Source: Alphaproteobacteria bacterium (GTDB lineage Bacteria; Pseudomonadota; Alphaproteobacteria; GCA-2746255). From it: a DNA stretch of 64,000 nucleotides. The notes under the pieces were generated by a model that did not search any database, had not been told where the DNA came from, and was given only the letters and a program-made list of their open reading frames with translations. The stretch lies in assembly GCA_965249135.1 (NCBI GenBank), contig OZ252220.1:736001-800000 (forward strand). The letters are read 5' to 3'. A program made the position numbers and the translations under genes. Positions 1-10,627 of this stretch are shown in pieces; the first letter of the stretch is position 1, and each line of letters starts with the position of its first letter.

Positions 1-721
1 CATGTCCGTCTCGACGAGCGCGATCAAAAAAGGCGAGACGCTGCTCGACACGGCGATGACGCTGAATGCGATGCACCCGGATGTTCTGGTCGTGCGCCAC
101 CCCCACAGTGGCGCCGTAAAGCTGCTTGCCGAAAAAGTCACCTGCTCGGTGATCAATGCAGGCGATGGCAGTCACGAACATCCGACCCAAGCCCTTCTCG
201 ACGCGCTGACCATCCGGCGACGCAAGAAACGGCTGGAAGGACTGCGGGTCGCCATTTGCGGCGACGTTCTGCATAGCCGGGTCGCGCGCTCGAACATTCA
301 TCTGCTAAACACGATGGGGGCAAGCGTCTGCGTCGTGGCGCCCGTGACCTTGCTGCCGATCAAGATCGAGCGTCTCGGTGTCGAAATCTTCCACGACATG
401 GCGGAAGGACTCAAAGGTTGCGACATCGTCATGATGCTCAGGTTGCAACGCGAAAGGATGAATGGGAATTTTATCCCTTCGCTTCGGGAATATTTCCGCT
501 TCTTCGGCCTAGACGCCGAAAAACTGGCCAGCGCAAAACCAGATGCGCTGATCATGCACCCGGGACCCATGAACCGCGGCGTCGAGATCGACAGCGAAGT
601 CGCCGACGACATCGCGCGCAGCGCCATTCACGAACAGGTCGAAATGGGCGTTGCCGTGCGGATGGCCTGTCTCGAAACCCTCATCGCCTCGGCCGCGCAT
701 GCCGCGGAGGCGTCGTCATGA
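1..721 (+). CDS. pyrB: Aspartate carbamoyltransferase catalytic subunit (5' truncated by window edge)
   Basis: [23 protein letters not shown] and [12 protein letters not shown] motifs; stop overlaps next start (ATGA 718-721). Confidence 0.97.
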   Translation, partial: MSVSTSAIKKGETLLDTAMTLNAMHPDVLVVRHPHSGAVKLLAEKVTCSVINAGDGSHEHPTQALLDALTIRRRKKRLEGLRVAICGDVLHSRVARSNIHLLNTMGASVCVVAPVTLLPIKIERLGVEIFHDMAEGLKGCDIVMMLRLQRERMNGNFIPSLREYFRFFGLDAEKLASAKPDALIMHPGPMNRGVEIDSEVADDIARSAIHEQVEMGVAVRMACLETLIASAAHAAEASS

Positions 722-2022
722 CGGGCAACGAAGGCCGGACGGCTTACGTGAACGCCCGCCTGCTGGATCCGGCGAGCGGGCTGGATAAGAAGGGCGCCCT
801 TCTTACGGAAGGCGAGAAAATTCTGGACCTCGGGCCGAAGCTCTTTGCCGACGGCGTGCCGGACGGCATCGAGCGCATCGATTGCGAGGGCCACTGCCTG
901 GCGCCCGGGCTGATCGATGCGCGCGTTCAACTCCGCGAACCCGGCGACGAACACAAGGAGACAATCACGACGGCGGGGTTGGCAGCAGCAGCCGGTGGCG
1001 TGACGACGATGCTGTGCCTGCCGAACACGCACCCCGTCATCGACGAGGTCGCCCTTGTCGAACTCGTGAAACGCCGCGCCCATGATGCGGAACTCGTCAA
1101 CATTCACCCTTATGCCGCCATCACGAAGGACCTGGCCGGCGAGCAGATCACGGAAATGGGACTGCTGGCCGAGGCCGGCGCCGTCGCCTTCACCGACGGC
1201 GTGGTGGCCGTCAGCAACGCCATGACCTTCAAGCGGGCACTCAGCTATGCCTCGACCTTCGATCTTCTGCTCGTCCAGCACCCGGAGGATCCGGACCTGG
1301 CGAATGGCGGCGTGATGAACGAGGGCGAGATGGCGACCCGGCTTGGGCTTGCCGGCATTCCCCCCATTGCCGAGACGATCCTGGTCGAGCGCGACCTGCG
1401 CTTGCTGGAACTGACCGGTGGGCGTTACCACGCGGCGCATCTTTCAACGGCGGACGCGATCGAGGCCGTCCGTCGGGCAAAGGCGAAGGGGCTCAACGTG
1501 ACGTGCGAAACGGCGCCGCCCTACTTTGCGTTGAACGAGACGGCGGTCGGCGATTACCGAACCTTTGCAAAACTTTCTCCGCCGCTTCGGAATGAGACCG
1601 ATCGCGAGGCCGTCATCGAGGGGCTTAAGGACGGCACCATCGATCTGATCGCAAGCGATCACGCGCCCCACGATCAGGACAGCAAGCGGCTGCCGTTCGT
1701 TCAGGCGGAAAACGGCATCATCGGTCTCGAGGCCTTGTTGCCGCTGACGCTTGAGCTCACCCACAACGGATCGCTCACCCTCCTGCGCGCGCTCGAGGCG
1801 GTGACGGCCGCACCGGCGCGCACCTTCCGCCTTTCCGGTGGCGTGCTTGCGAAGGGGGGGGCGGCCGACCTCGTGCTTTTCGATCTGGAAAAACCTTGGA
1901 AGATCGACGTCGAGCGGTTCCGGAGCAAATCGAAGAACTCGCCTTTCGACAAACGTCCCGTGCAGGGAATTGTGCTACGCACGGTGTCCGCCGGACGGCC
2001 GATCTTCGTTCGGGAAACTTAA
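718..2022 (+). CDS. pyrC: Dihydroorotase-family protein, probably catalytically impaired PyrC'
   Basis: Start ATG 718 (MTGNEGR...). [21 protein letters not shown] and SDHAPH motifs. The canonical DxHVH reads DARVQ. Confidence 0.93.
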   Translation: MTGNEGRTAYVNARLLDPASGLDKKGALLTEGEKILDLGPKLFADGVPDGIERIDCEGHCLAPGLIDARVQLREPGDEHKETITTAGLAAAAGGVTTMLCLPNTHPVIDEVALVELVKRRAHDAELVNIHPYAAITKDLAGEQITEMGLLAEAGAVAFTDGVVAVSNAMTFKRALSYASTFDLLLVQHPEDPDLANGGVMNEGEMATRLGLAGIPPIAETILVERDLRLLELTGGRYHAAHLSTADAIEAVRRAKAKGLNVTCETAPPYFALNETAVGDYRTFAKLSPPLRNETDREAVIEGLKDGTIDLIASDHAPHDQDSKRLPFVQAENGIIGLEALLPLTLELTHNGSLTLLRALEAVTAAPARTFRLSGGVLAKGGAADLVLFDLEKPWKIDVERFRSKSKNSPFDKRPVQGIVLRTVSAGRPIFVRET

Positions 2023-2025
2023 GGA

Positions 2026-2646
2026 ATGGCCGCGTTCTCGGAAATAGCGTTGGACCACCTCCTGTTGGCGGCGGCGGTAGGTTATCTGCTCGGCTCCATT
2101 CCCTTCGGGCTTTTGCTCACCCGCCTGGCCGGTCGCGGCGAACTTCGTAAACTTGGCTCCGGCAATATCGGTGCGACGAATGTGCTTCGCTCAGGATCGA
2201 AGCTGCTTGCCCTCCTCACCCTTCTCCTTGACATCGGCAAGGGTGCGGCCGCCGCCGCCATTGGGCTTGAATTTGGCTTTCCGGTCGCCTTGATCGCGGG
2301 CGGCAGCGCCATCCTTGGCCATCTGTTCCCGGTCTGGCTCGGTTTTCATGGCGGCAAAGGCGTGGCGACGACGCTTGGCGTGCTTCTCATGCTGCTGGCT
2401 CCCGTCGGCCTCATCGCCATCGTCGTCTGGCTTCTCGTTGCCGCGCTTTTCCGTTATTCCTCCCTTGCCGCGCTTCTCGCCATCGGAACGGCACCGCTTT
2501 CCGCCTTCTTCTTCGGCGATACCGCGTTTACCGCCTTCACCATTCTGGTCGCCGGCATCGTGCTCTTTCGCCATCGGGCGAACGTCCGCCGCCTGGTCAG
2601 GGGAGAGGAACCTAAGATCGGCCGCTCGGCGGCGCCGGGGCCCTGA
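2026..2646 (+). CDS. plsY: Glycerol-3-phosphate acyltransferase PlsY
   Basis: GYLLGSIPFG, GSGNIGATN, GGKGVAT and RHRAN motifs. Confidence 0.96.
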   Translation: MAAFSEIALDHLLLAAAVGYLLGSIPFGLLLTRLAGRGELRKLGSGNIGATNVLRSGSKLLALLTLLLDIGKGAAAAAIGLEFGFPVALIAGGSAILGHLFPVWLGFHGGKGVATTLGVLLMLLAPVGLIAIVVWLLVAALFRYSSLAALLAIGTAPLSAFFFGDTAFTAFTILVAGIVLFRHRANVRRLVRGEEPKIGRSAAPGP

Positions 2647-3773
2647 TGCCGCCGAAGCCGCGAACGCTTTCCGATGAAGAACGCCTCGACTGGCTCCGCT
2701 TAATCCGAAGCGAAAACGTCGGCCCGATCACCTTTTACAAACTGCTCGAGGCCTACGGCACGGCAGCGGCCGCCCTCGAGGTGGCGCCGAAACTTGCCCG
2801 CCGGGGTGGCCGGCTGAAGCCGGTCGGGGTCTGCCCGAAGGCCGAAGCGATGCGGGAGATCGAGGCCCACGCGAAAATAGGGGCGCGGCTCGTCGCCTTC
2901 GGCGAACCCGATTACCCGCCCGAGCTTGCCCATATCTACGACCCGCCGCCCGTCTTGAGCCTCCTTGGCCATGCCCACCTTTTCGAAAGGCATGCCTTTG
3001 CCATCGTCGGTGCACGCAACGCATCGGCGAATGGGCGGCGATTTGCGGAACGGATCGCGGCGGACTTGGGATCGAACGGGCTGTTGATCGTGTCTGGGCT
3101 AGCGCGCGGCATCGATACGGCGGCCCACGAAGGCGGCCTTGCAACGGGCACCGTCGCCGTGCAGGCCGGCGGCATCGACGTTCCCTACCCTCAGGAGAAT
3201 GCGCGTCTTTATGAACGGATCGCAAGCGAAGGGGTCCTGTTTTCCGAACAGCCCCTCGGTACCGCACCCCAGGCTCGCCACTTCCCGCGACGCAACCGCC
3301 TCGTCTCCGGCACCTGCCTTGGCGTGCTGATCGTCGAGGCGGCGCCGAAGTCCGGTTCGCTGATCACGGCGCGGATGGCCCTCGAACAGGGCCGTGACGT
3401 CTTCGCGGTTCCGGGCTCGCCGCTCGATCCCCGGGCCCAGGGCACGAACCATCTCATTCGCCAGGGCGCCACGCTCACCGAGTCGGCTCACGACATTTTG
3501 ATGGCGCTCGAAGGCCGGCTTCGCCGACCGCTCGAAGAGCGCGAAGCCCCGGCTCTCAAAGCCCCGACCGCCCCGCCGCCCAACGAATCGGAAGTCACCG
3601 AAGCCCGCGAGCAAGTGCTGGAAATGCTCAGCCCCTCACCGGTAATGGTTGACGAAATCCTTCGGCGATGCCAATTGTCACCCGCCGTTCTATCCACGGT
3701 TCTTCTCGAACTAAAGCTTGCAGGCCGTCTCGAACGCCATCCCGGCAATCAGGTTTCGTTGCTGTCTCTATAA
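2646..3773 (+). CDS. dprA: DNA-processing protein DprA
   Basis: AIVGAR, VSGLARGID, HFPRRNR, SGSLITA and AVPG motifs. Confidence 0.96.
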   Translation: MPPKPRTLSDEERLDWLRLIRSENVGPITFYKLLEAYGTAAAALEVAPKLARRGGRLKPVGVCPKAEAMREIEAHAKIGARLVAFGEPDYPPELAHIYDPPPVLSLLGHAHLFERHAFAIVGARNASANGRRFAERIAADLGSNGLLIVSGLARGIDTAAHEGGLATGTVAVQAGGIDVPYPQENARLYERIASEGVLFSEQPLGTAPQARHFPRRNRLVSGTCLGVLIVEAAPKSGSLITARMALEQGRDVFAVPGSPLDPRAQGTNHLIRQGATLTESAHDILMALEGRLRRPLEEREAPALKAPTAPPPNESEVTEAREQVLEMLSPSPVMVDEILRRCQLSPAVLSTVLLELKLAGRLERHPGNQVSLLSL

Positions 3774-3817
3774 AGAGAAGACAGGATTTTTATTTTTTTC
3801 GACTCCGTTGAGGGCAT

Positions 3818-6448
3818 ATGAGCGTCGTTATTGTTGAATCGCCGGCCAAGGCAAAGACGATTAATAAGTATCTCGGCAGCGACTACGAGGTCGTGGCCAG
3901 CTATGGCCACGTGCGCGATCTCCCGGCCAAGGCAGGGTCCGTCCTCCCCGAAGAGGACTTCGCCATGCTTTGGACGATCGATGTAAAATCCGAAAAACGC
4001 ATGAAAGACATTGCCGAGGCCGTTCGGGGGGCGGGTCATCTTTATCTGGCGACGGACCCCGACCGCGAGGGCGAAGCCATCGCCTGGCACATCCGTGAGG
4101 TGTTGCGAGAGCGCGGTGCGCTCGAGAACGTCGAGGTGCACCGCGTCGCCTTTCACGAAATTACCAAGTCGGCCGTGCTGGACGCGATGCAACATCCACG
4201 CGACCTCGACCACAAGCTGATCGATTCGTACCTTGCGCGGCGCGCGCTCGACTACCTCGTCGGGTTCACCCTTTCGCCGGTGCTTTGGCGCAAGCTCCCC
4301 GGCAGCCGCTCGGCCGGGCGCGTGCAATCCGTGGCGCTACGCCTGATCTGCGAGCGGGAAGCGGAGATCGATATCTTCAAGCCCCGGGAATACTGGACGA
4401 TCGAGGCCATCTTCGAGACCGCTGCCGGCGACAAGATCCCGGCGAAGCTGACCCAATTGAACGGCGAGAAGGTCGAGAAGTTCAGCCTCGAGACGGAGGC
4501 CGCGGCGAGGTCCGCGCTGGATCGCCTGGAACCGCAGGACTTTGCCGTCGAACGCATCGAGCGCAAGCAGTCCCGCCGGCACCCACCGGCACCCTTTACG
4601 ACATCGACCCTGCAGCAGGAAGCCTCCCGCAAGCTCGGCTTTTCGGCGAAGCATACGATGAGCGTCGCCCAGCGTCTCTACGAAGGCCTCGATGTCGGTG
4701 GCGATACGGGTGGGTTGATCACCTACATGCGGACCGACAGCGTTCACATCGCAAAGGAAGCCATTGCCGCTTCCCGCAGCACGATCGCCAGCGAGTACGG
4801 CAATCCCTATCTTCCGAAAACACCCCACGCCTACCGCAGCCACGCGAAGAATGCGCAGGAAGCCCACGAGGCAATCCGTCCGACAAATTTTCAGCGACGC
4901 CCTCAGGATGTCGTCCGTTCGCTCAATCCGGATCAGGCAAAATTTTATGAGCTCATCTGGAAACGCGCGCTGGCAAGTCAGATGTCCAGTGCGCTGCTCG
5001 ATAACGTCGCCATCGACATTGCGGCTTCGGATGGAAAGGATACGTTCCGCGCGACCGGCTCCGTCGTCACCTTCGATGGATTCCTGAAGCTTTATCAGGA
5101 AGGGCGCGACGAACCGAGCGAGGATGAAGAAGGAAAAGAACTCCCCCGTGTCTCGGAAAAGGATTCCATGCCGAGAAAACAAATCCAACCGGAACAACAT
5201 TTCACCCAACCTCCGCCGCGGTTTTCGGAAGCGAGCCTCGTAAAACGACTCGAAGAGTTGGGCATCGGCCGTCCTTCGACCTATGCATCGATCATTTCCG
5301 TTCTTCAGGACCGCGATTACGTCCGGCTCGAGAAGAAACGTTTTATCCCGGAGGATCGCGGAAGGCTGGTCACCTCCTTCCTTGCGAACTTTTTCCAGCG
5401 TTACATTCAATACCACTTCACGGCCGACCTCGAAGACCGGCTCGACGACATCTCCGAAGGGCGGACGGATTGGAAACAGGTCCTGCACGATTTCTGGACG
5501 AAATTCGAAACCTCCATCGACAATACGAAGGATCTGGCGATCAAGGACGTGCTCGACGCCCTCGACAAGACCCTTGGCGCCCACTTCTTCCCGCAAACAG
5601 ATCCAAACGTGGACCCCCGCCGCTGTCCGGCCTGCGACCAGGGCAAGCTTGCGCTGAAGCTCGGCAAGTTCGGCGCCTTCGTCGGCTGCTCGACCTATCC
5701 GGACTGCGCCTATACGCGCCAGCTCGCGGAAGGCCTCCAGGAGAATGGCGGCGCCGTCCTCGAAGGTCCGGTCGAACTCGGTCAGGACCCGGAAACCGGC
5801 GAGACGGTCAGCCTTCGCAAGGGCCCCTACGGACTTTATCTCCAGCTTGGCGAAGTGAAGGAAAAAGGCGACAAGCCGAGGCGGGTTTCCTTGCCTGCGG
5901 ATCGCTCGCCTCAGGATCTCGAACTCGACCTCGCGCTCCAATTGCTGCGCCTGCCGCGCGAGGTGGGCAAGCACCCGGAGAACGGTGCGCCGATTCTGGC
6001 CGGCATCGGCCGGTACGGCCCCTACGTCCAGCATGAAAAGAACTACCATTCGCTGCCTACCGTCGATGATGTGTTGACGATCGGTTTGAACCGGGCCGTC
6101 GATGTGCTGGCAACGCCCAAGAAAGGGCGGCAGACGGCAGCAGCCCTTCGCACGCTTGGCGACCATCCGGAGGATGCCAAACCCATCACCGTCCACGATG
6201 GAAGGTACGGGCCCTATGTGAAGCATGGCGGCACGAACGCGACCATCCCGAAAAGCAGCTCACCAGAATCGATCACGCTGGAAGAGGCGCTGCCCCTGCT
6301 GGCCGCACGCGAAGAAAGAAAAAAGAAGAAAAAAACATCGAAATCCCGTTCAAAGACCACAAAGAAAAAGACTACAAAGAAAAAGGCCGCAAAGAAGAAG
6401 ACCGTAAAGAAGAAGACCGCGGCGGATGCTTCAGCTTCTTCCGCTTAA
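3818..6448 (+). CDS. topA: DNA topoisomerase I
   Basis: IVESPAKAKTI, ATDPDREGEAI, SAGRVQS and LITYMRTDS motifs; one Zn ribbon, GRYGPY repeats, Lys-rich tail. Confidence 0.98.
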   Translation: MSVVIVESPAKAKTINKYLGSDYEVVASYGHVRDLPAKAGSVLPEEDFAMLWTIDVKSEKRMKDIAEAVRGAGHLYLATDPDREGEAIAWHIREVLRERGALENVEVHRVAFHEITKSAVLDAMQHPRDLDHKLIDSYLARRALDYLVGFTLSPVLWRKLPGSRSAGRVQSVALRLICEREAEIDIFKPREYWTIEAIFETAAGDKIPAKLTQLNGEKVEKFSLETEAAARSALDRLEPQDFAVERIERKQSRRHPPAPFTTSTLQQEASRKLGFSAKHTMSVAQRLYEGLDVGGDTGGLITYMRTDSVHIAKEAIAASRSTIASEYGNPYLPKTPHAYRSHAKNAQEAHEAIRPTNFQRRPQDVVRSLNPDQAKFYELIWKRALASQMSSALLDNVAIDIAASDGKDTFRATGSVVTFDGFLKLYQEGRDEPSEDEEGKELPRVSEKDSMPRKQIQPEQHFTQPPPRFSEASLVKRLEELGIGRPSTYASIISVLQDRDYVRLEKKRFIPEDRGRLVTSFLANFFQRYIQYHFTADLEDRLDDISEGRTDWKQVLHDFWTKFETSIDNTKDLAIKDVLDALDKTLGAHFFPQTDPNVDPRRCPACDQGKLALKLGKFGAFVGCSTYPDCAYTRQLAEGLQENGGAVLEGPVELGQDPETGETVSLRKGPYGLYLQLGEVKEKGDKPRRVSLPADRSPQDLELDLALQLLRLPREVGKHPENGAPILAGIGRYGPYVQHEKNYHSLPTVDDVLTIGLNRAVDVLATPKKGRQTAAALRTLGDHPEDAKPITVHDGRYGPYVKHGGTNATIPKSSSPESITLEEALPLLAAREERKKKKKTSKSRSKTTKKKTTKKKAAKKKTVKKKTAADASASSA

Positions 6449-6465
6449 ACGAACGTTTAAAGTCC

Positions 6466-8721
6466 GTGTCCACGCAAAAACACTCGCCTGAAAATTTCCC
6501 AAGCGAAGACGAAATCCTGGATTTCATCCGAGAGAGCCCCTCGCCCGTTGGCAAGCGCGAGATTGCTCGCGCCTTTCGCCTGTCCGGCAATTCCCGTCTT
6601 AGGCTCAAGGCGTCGCTGAAGGAAATGCTGGAGGAAGGGCAGATCGCGCGAAGCGCGGGCCGCCTCCTCGTCGTGCCGGACGGCCTGCCGCCGGTCGCCG
6701 TTCTCGAGATCACCGGTACGGATTCGGACGGCGAGGTGCTGGCGCGCCCTCTTTCGTGGAAGGAGACCGACGCGCCGCCGCCGATCTATGTCGCGATGGA
6801 ACGGCGCGGCCGGACGGCGCTCTGGCCGGGCGAGCGGATCCTCGCCCGCGTTCGGAAAACGAAGGATGGTGCCTACGCGGCCCGGATCATTCGCCGCATC
6901 GGCGCCGCACCGAACCGTATTCTGGGTGTCCTCGAGGAGGACGCCGGCGGCTTGCGACTGGCGCCGACGGACCGCCGCCACAAGCACACTTACGTCCTGC
7001 AAAGCCACGAAAGGAAGGGCGCGCAAGCGGGCGACCTCGTGCTCGCCGAAGTGATCCATAGTTCCAGGCGGGTGCGCGAGGCCCGCGTCGTAGAGCACTT
7101 CGGCCCCTCGGACAAGCCCCGGGCCGTCAGCCTCGTCGCCATCCACAGCCATGACATCCCAGTCGACTTTTCGCCCGAAGCCCTGGCCCAAGCGGAACAA
7201 GCCGGCGCGGCCGGGCTGAACGGCCGGCGCGACCTTCGCGAAACCCCGCTGGTGACGATCGATGGCGCCGACGCCCGTGACTTCGACGACGCCGTCTGGA
7301 CGGAAGCGGACAAGGACCCGAAGAATCTAGGCGGCTGGCACCTCCTCGTCGCCATCGCGGATGTTGCCCATTACGTTCGTCCCGGCGACGCCCTTGACCG
7401 CGTGGCCTATGAACGCGGCAATTCCGTCTACTTCCCGGACCGGGTCGTGCCGATGCTGCCCGAGCAGCTTTCGAATGGCTGGTGTTCGCTGAAGCCCGAT
7501 GAAGACCGGCCTTGCCTTGCCGCCCATCTGTGGATCGACCGGAACGGCAAGCTGCTGCGCCATAAGTTTGAGCGCGCGCTCATGCGATCGGCGGCGCGGC
7601 TCACCTATGAGCAGGTCCAGCGCGCCGAGGACGGTTTCCCCGATGCAACGACGAAGCCGTTGCTCGCCCATGTCCTTAAACCCCTTTACGGGGCCTATCG
7701 CGCGCTGAAGGCGGCGCGCGCGGAGCGCGGTACGATCGAGATCGATCTGCCGGAGCGCGTGGTCGTGTTCGATGCGGACGGCCGGCTTGCCGCCATCCGC
7801 TCCACCCAGCGTTTCGAATCCCATCACCTGATCGAGGAATGCATGATCCTCGCCAACGTGGCCGCCGCCGAAACGCTCGAAAAACATCGTGCGCCTTGCC
7901 TGTACCGCATCCACGACACGCCACCGGAGAACAAGCTGGAACCGCTTCGGGAATTCTTAAAATCCCTTAACATTCGGCTGGCCAAGGGTCAGGTCTTGCG
8001 CCCCCACCACTTCAACCAAATCCTTCAGCGTGCGGCCGACACGGCGTTTTCCGAAATCGTCAACCTCGTCGTGTTGCGCAGCCAATCGAAGGCGGAATAC
8101 AGCCCCGAGAATCACGGACATTTCGGGCTGGCGCTTCGCCGTTACTGCCACTTCACCTCGCCGATCCGCCGCTATGCCGATCTGATCGTGCATCGTTGTC
8201 TCATTCGTGCGCTCGACTTAGGGCCGGAAGGGGTGACGGCGGAAACCGAATCGAAACTCACCGAGATCGGCGAACACATCTCGCTCTTGGAACGCCGGGC
8301 GGAAACGGCCGAGCGGGATGCGACGGATCGCTACGCCACCCTTTTCCTCAGCGATCGCGTCGGCGCCGAATTCTCCGGTCAGATCGCGGGCGTTACGCGC
8401 TTCGGACTCTTCGTGACATTGGACGATACCGGCGCGGACGGCTTCATTCCCATTCGGACCCTGGGCTGGGAACACTTCATCCATGACGAGGTGCACCACT
8501 GCTTGGTAGGCGAGCGAAGTGGGCTTACTTTTCGCTTGGGTGATCGGGTTTTGGTGCGGCTTGTAGAGGCGAACACGGCGACGGGCAGTCTGCTTTTCAA
8601 ACTCATCGAGGGAGGCGCGGTCGAAAAGGCCCGCGGCCTGCCCCCCATTGGTGGGAAACGGCGGCCAAAGCGCGCCCGAAATACCCGGAAAAAGAAGGCC
8701 GCAAGGGTGCGAAAACGTTAA
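6466..8721 (+). CDS. rnr: Ribonuclease R
   Basis: TIDGADARDFDDA and HFTSPIRRYAD motifs, C-terminal S1 domain, basic tail; GTG start. Confidence 0.97.
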   Translation: MSTQKHSPENFPSEDEILDFIRESPSPVGKREIARAFRLSGNSRLRLKASLKEMLEEGQIARSAGRLLVVPDGLPPVAVLEITGTDSDGEVLARPLSWKETDAPPPIYVAMERRGRTALWPGERILARVRKTKDGAYAARIIRRIGAAPNRILGVLEEDAGGLRLAPTDRRHKHTYVLQSHERKGAQAGDLVLAEVIHSSRRVREARVVEHFGPSDKPRAVSLVAIHSHDIPVDFSPEALAQAEQAGAAGLNGRRDLRETPLVTIDGADARDFDDAVWTEADKDPKNLGGWHLLVAIADVAHYVRPGDALDRVAYERGNSVYFPDRVVPMLPEQLSNGWCSLKPDEDRPCLAAHLWIDRNGKLLRHKFERALMRSAARLTYEQVQRAEDGFPDATTKPLLAHVLKPLYGAYRALKAARAERGTIEIDLPERVVVFDADGRLAAIRSTQRFESHHLIEECMILANVAAAETLEKHRAPCLYRIHDTPPENKLEPLREFLKSLNIRLAKGQVLRPHHFNQILQRAADTAFSEIVNLVVLRSQSKAEYSPENHGHFGLALRRYCHFTSPIRRYADLIVHRCLIRALDLGPEGVTAETESKLTEIGEHISLLERRAETAERDATDRYATLFLSDRVGAEFSGQIAGVTRFGLFVTLDDTGADGFIPIRTLGWEHFIHDEVHHCLVGERSGLTFRLGDRVLVRLVEANTATGSLLFKLIEGGAVEKARGLPPIGGKRRPKRARNTRKKKAARVRKR

Positions 8722-8729
8722 AATGCCCC

Positions 8730-10286
8730 ATGGGCACGAATCATAAGAACACGAACCCTAAGAAGAAGTGGAGGCGGCGATGCCTCCCTTCGGCGCTTAC
8801 CGCCACCCTCCTTCTTTTTTCGGCCTGTGCAACCGAGCGGCCGCTTACCGAAGCGCGCCCCATCGATGCGCCGACGGCCGTCTTTGCTGCGGGCTATGGT
8901 GGCATCATCGCAAAATACATCGAGCAGAAGACGGCCGGCGAATTGGCGCTCGAAGCCCTCCAGGGACTTTCGGCCGTCGACCCGGCATTCAAGGTCGAGG
9001 CGCGAGGCAACTTGCTTCGCCTAAGCCAGGGCGATCGCCTGCTTCGAGTCGGCGTCGCCTCGGCGCCTCGGAACCTCGATGGCTGGGCGAGCTTAAGCGC
9101 GGACTTCCTTGCCGTCTCCCTGGCGAACCTCTCGCCCGACATCGAAGCCGACGAGGACGCCTTCATGGCGGTGATGTTTGATCGTGTGCTTGGTTCGCTG
9201 GATGAATATTCGCGCTATGCCGGCGCGCGACTGGCGTTGCGCCAACGTGAAAAACGCAAGGGCTATAGCGGCGTGGGCCTGCAGGTACATGACTTCGAAG
9301 GGGCCTTCCTGGTGACGGACGTGATCCCGGACAGTCCCGCCAAGAAGGCCGGCATCCAACCCTCGGACGAAATCCTGAAAATCAATGACTTTTCCGTCGA
9401 GGGCCTCGACATCGCGGGCGTGTTTCGCCGGCTTCGCGGCCCCGTCAGCAGCAAACTCGCCCTCGTCCTGCGAAGGCCGAACGTTCCTGACCCGATTGAA
9501 GTCACGCTTTATCGTCAGCATGTGTTTGCACCGACCGTCGAATACAAACGCCGTGATTCCATCGCCTATTTCCAACTCAGCGGTTTTAACCGCGACACCG
9601 CCCGAAGCCTTACCCGCCATTTGCACAAGGCCGAGGAAAAAATCAACCCGCCGCTTCAAGGAATCGTTCTCGATCTTCGCGGCAATCCGGGAGGTTTGAT
9701 GGACCAGGCGATCGCCGTCGCCGACCATTTTCTCGAATCGGATGGGATTATTTATACGCGCGGCCGTCATTCGAACAGCAGCCATATCTACAACGCCGTT
9801 GCGGGCGATATTGGTAACGGCCTGCCGATCGTCATTCTTCTGAATGGCAAAAGCGCTTCTTCCGCCGAGATCGTCGCCGGCGCGCTCCAGGATCGGCACC
9901 GCGCGCTCGTCGTCGGCAGCCGGTCCTATGGCAAGGGCACCGTCCAGACGATCCTTCCCTTACCCAACGGCGCAGAAATTACGCTCACCTGGTCACTTAT
10001 CTATACGCCTTCCGGTGGCACCCTGAACAAAATCGGCATTCTGCCGGACGTCTGCACGGCGGGCCTTAAGGGAAAAGCGTCAAGCCTGCTTCGCGAGATG
10101 GTAAGCAAGCGGCACACAAGCCCGGAGCGCGCAAGAAAAGCCGACTGCCCCCCGCTTCGCACGGAAAGCCCACTCGACCTTTCCATTGCCGAGGGGCTTT
10201 TGGGAAACACCGCCCTCTATGCAAGCCTGCTTAAAGAAACGCGTGAGGAAATCGCCGATAAAGAAAGGCTATCGCCCGAAGACTAG
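8730..10286 (+). CDS. S41A carboxyl-terminal protease (CtpA-like, PDZ), probable lipoprotein
   Basis: GVGL PDZ loop, LDLRGNPGG, SASSAEI (catalytic Ser), GKGTVQ (catalytic Lys); lipobox-like LFSAC. Confidence 0.9.
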   Translation: MGTNHKNTNPKKKWRRRCLPSALTATLLLFSACATERPLTEARPIDAPTAVFAAGYGGIIAKYIEQKTAGELALEALQGLSAVDPAFKVEARGNLLRLSQGDRLLRVGVASAPRNLDGWASLSADFLAVSLANLSPDIEADEDAFMAVMFDRVLGSLDEYSRYAGARLALRQREKRKGYSGVGLQVHDFEGAFLVTDVIPDSPAKKAGIQPSDEILKINDFSVEGLDIAGVFRRLRGPVSSKLALVLRRPNVPDPIEVTLYRQHVFAPTVEYKRRDSIAYFQLSGFNRDTARSLTRHLHKAEEKINPPLQGIVLDLRGNPGGLMDQAIAVADHFLESDGIIYTRGRHSNSSHIYNAVAGDIGNGLPIVILLNGKSASSAEIVAGALQDRHRALVVGSRSYGKGTVQTILPLPNGAEITLTWSLIYTPSGGTLNKIGILPDVCTAGLKGKASSLLREMVSKRHTSPERARKADCPPLRTESPLDLSIAEGLLGNTALYASLLKETREEIADKERLSPED

Positions 10287-10304
10287 GCTGCTCCCGCATA
10301 TTGC

Positions 10305-10332
10305 TTGACAGAACCCGCGGAAAGGCTAAGTT
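10305..10332 (+). promoter_or_regulatory. sigma70-type promoter for rpmG
   Basis: TTGACA-N16-TAAGTT about 45 nt upstream of the rpmG ATG. Confidence 0.6.
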
Positions 10333-10376
10333 GGCGGCCCCGAAGCGGGGACCAAAGCGTCTAGGGATCTTGAGAA

Positions 10377-10547
10377 ATGGCGAAATCGAAGAACACCGTC
10401 CTGATCAAGCTGGTGAGTTCGGCCAAGACCGGCTACTACTACCTTCGGAAGAAGAACCCGAGGAAATTGACGGAGAAGATCGAGCTTAAGAAGTACGACC
10501 CCGTCGTCCGCAAGCACGTTCTCTTTAAGGAAGCAAAACTGAAATAG
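10377..10547 (+). CDS. rpmG: 50S ribosomal protein L33 (Cys-free type), 56 aa, not in ORF track
   Basis: Hand translation [56 protein letters not shown]. Confidence 0.98.
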   Translation: MAKSKNTVLIKLVSSAKTGYYYLRKKNPRKLTEKIELKKYDPVVRKHVLFKEAKLK

Positions 10548-10577
10548 GCTTAAGCCCACCTGGCTTGCCTTCTCTCG

Positions 10578-10598
10578 ATCGCCCGCGGGCGGTTTTTT
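10578..10598 (+). terminator. Probable intrinsic terminator after rpmG
   Basis: ATCGCC-CGCG-GGCGGT hairpin followed by a T run. Confidence 0.5.
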
Positions 10599-10627
10599 GC
10601 TGCCTAGATTTTTTTATAACTACTTGA

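Noticed and set aside
4337-6226. Long antisense ORFs (629 aa opposite topA; also 48782-50224, 53270-55469, 41371-42747)
   Set aside because: Shadow frames of high-GC genes; no motifs and fully overlapped by confident genes
6310-6420. Lys-rich, A-rich low-complexity tract at the end of topA
   Set aside because: Basic TopA tails are common in alphaproteobacteria; it is coding sequence, not a separate element
6445-6460. CtrA box between topA and rnr
   Set aside because: The spacer is 8 nt rather than 7, and one TTAA includes the topA stop codon
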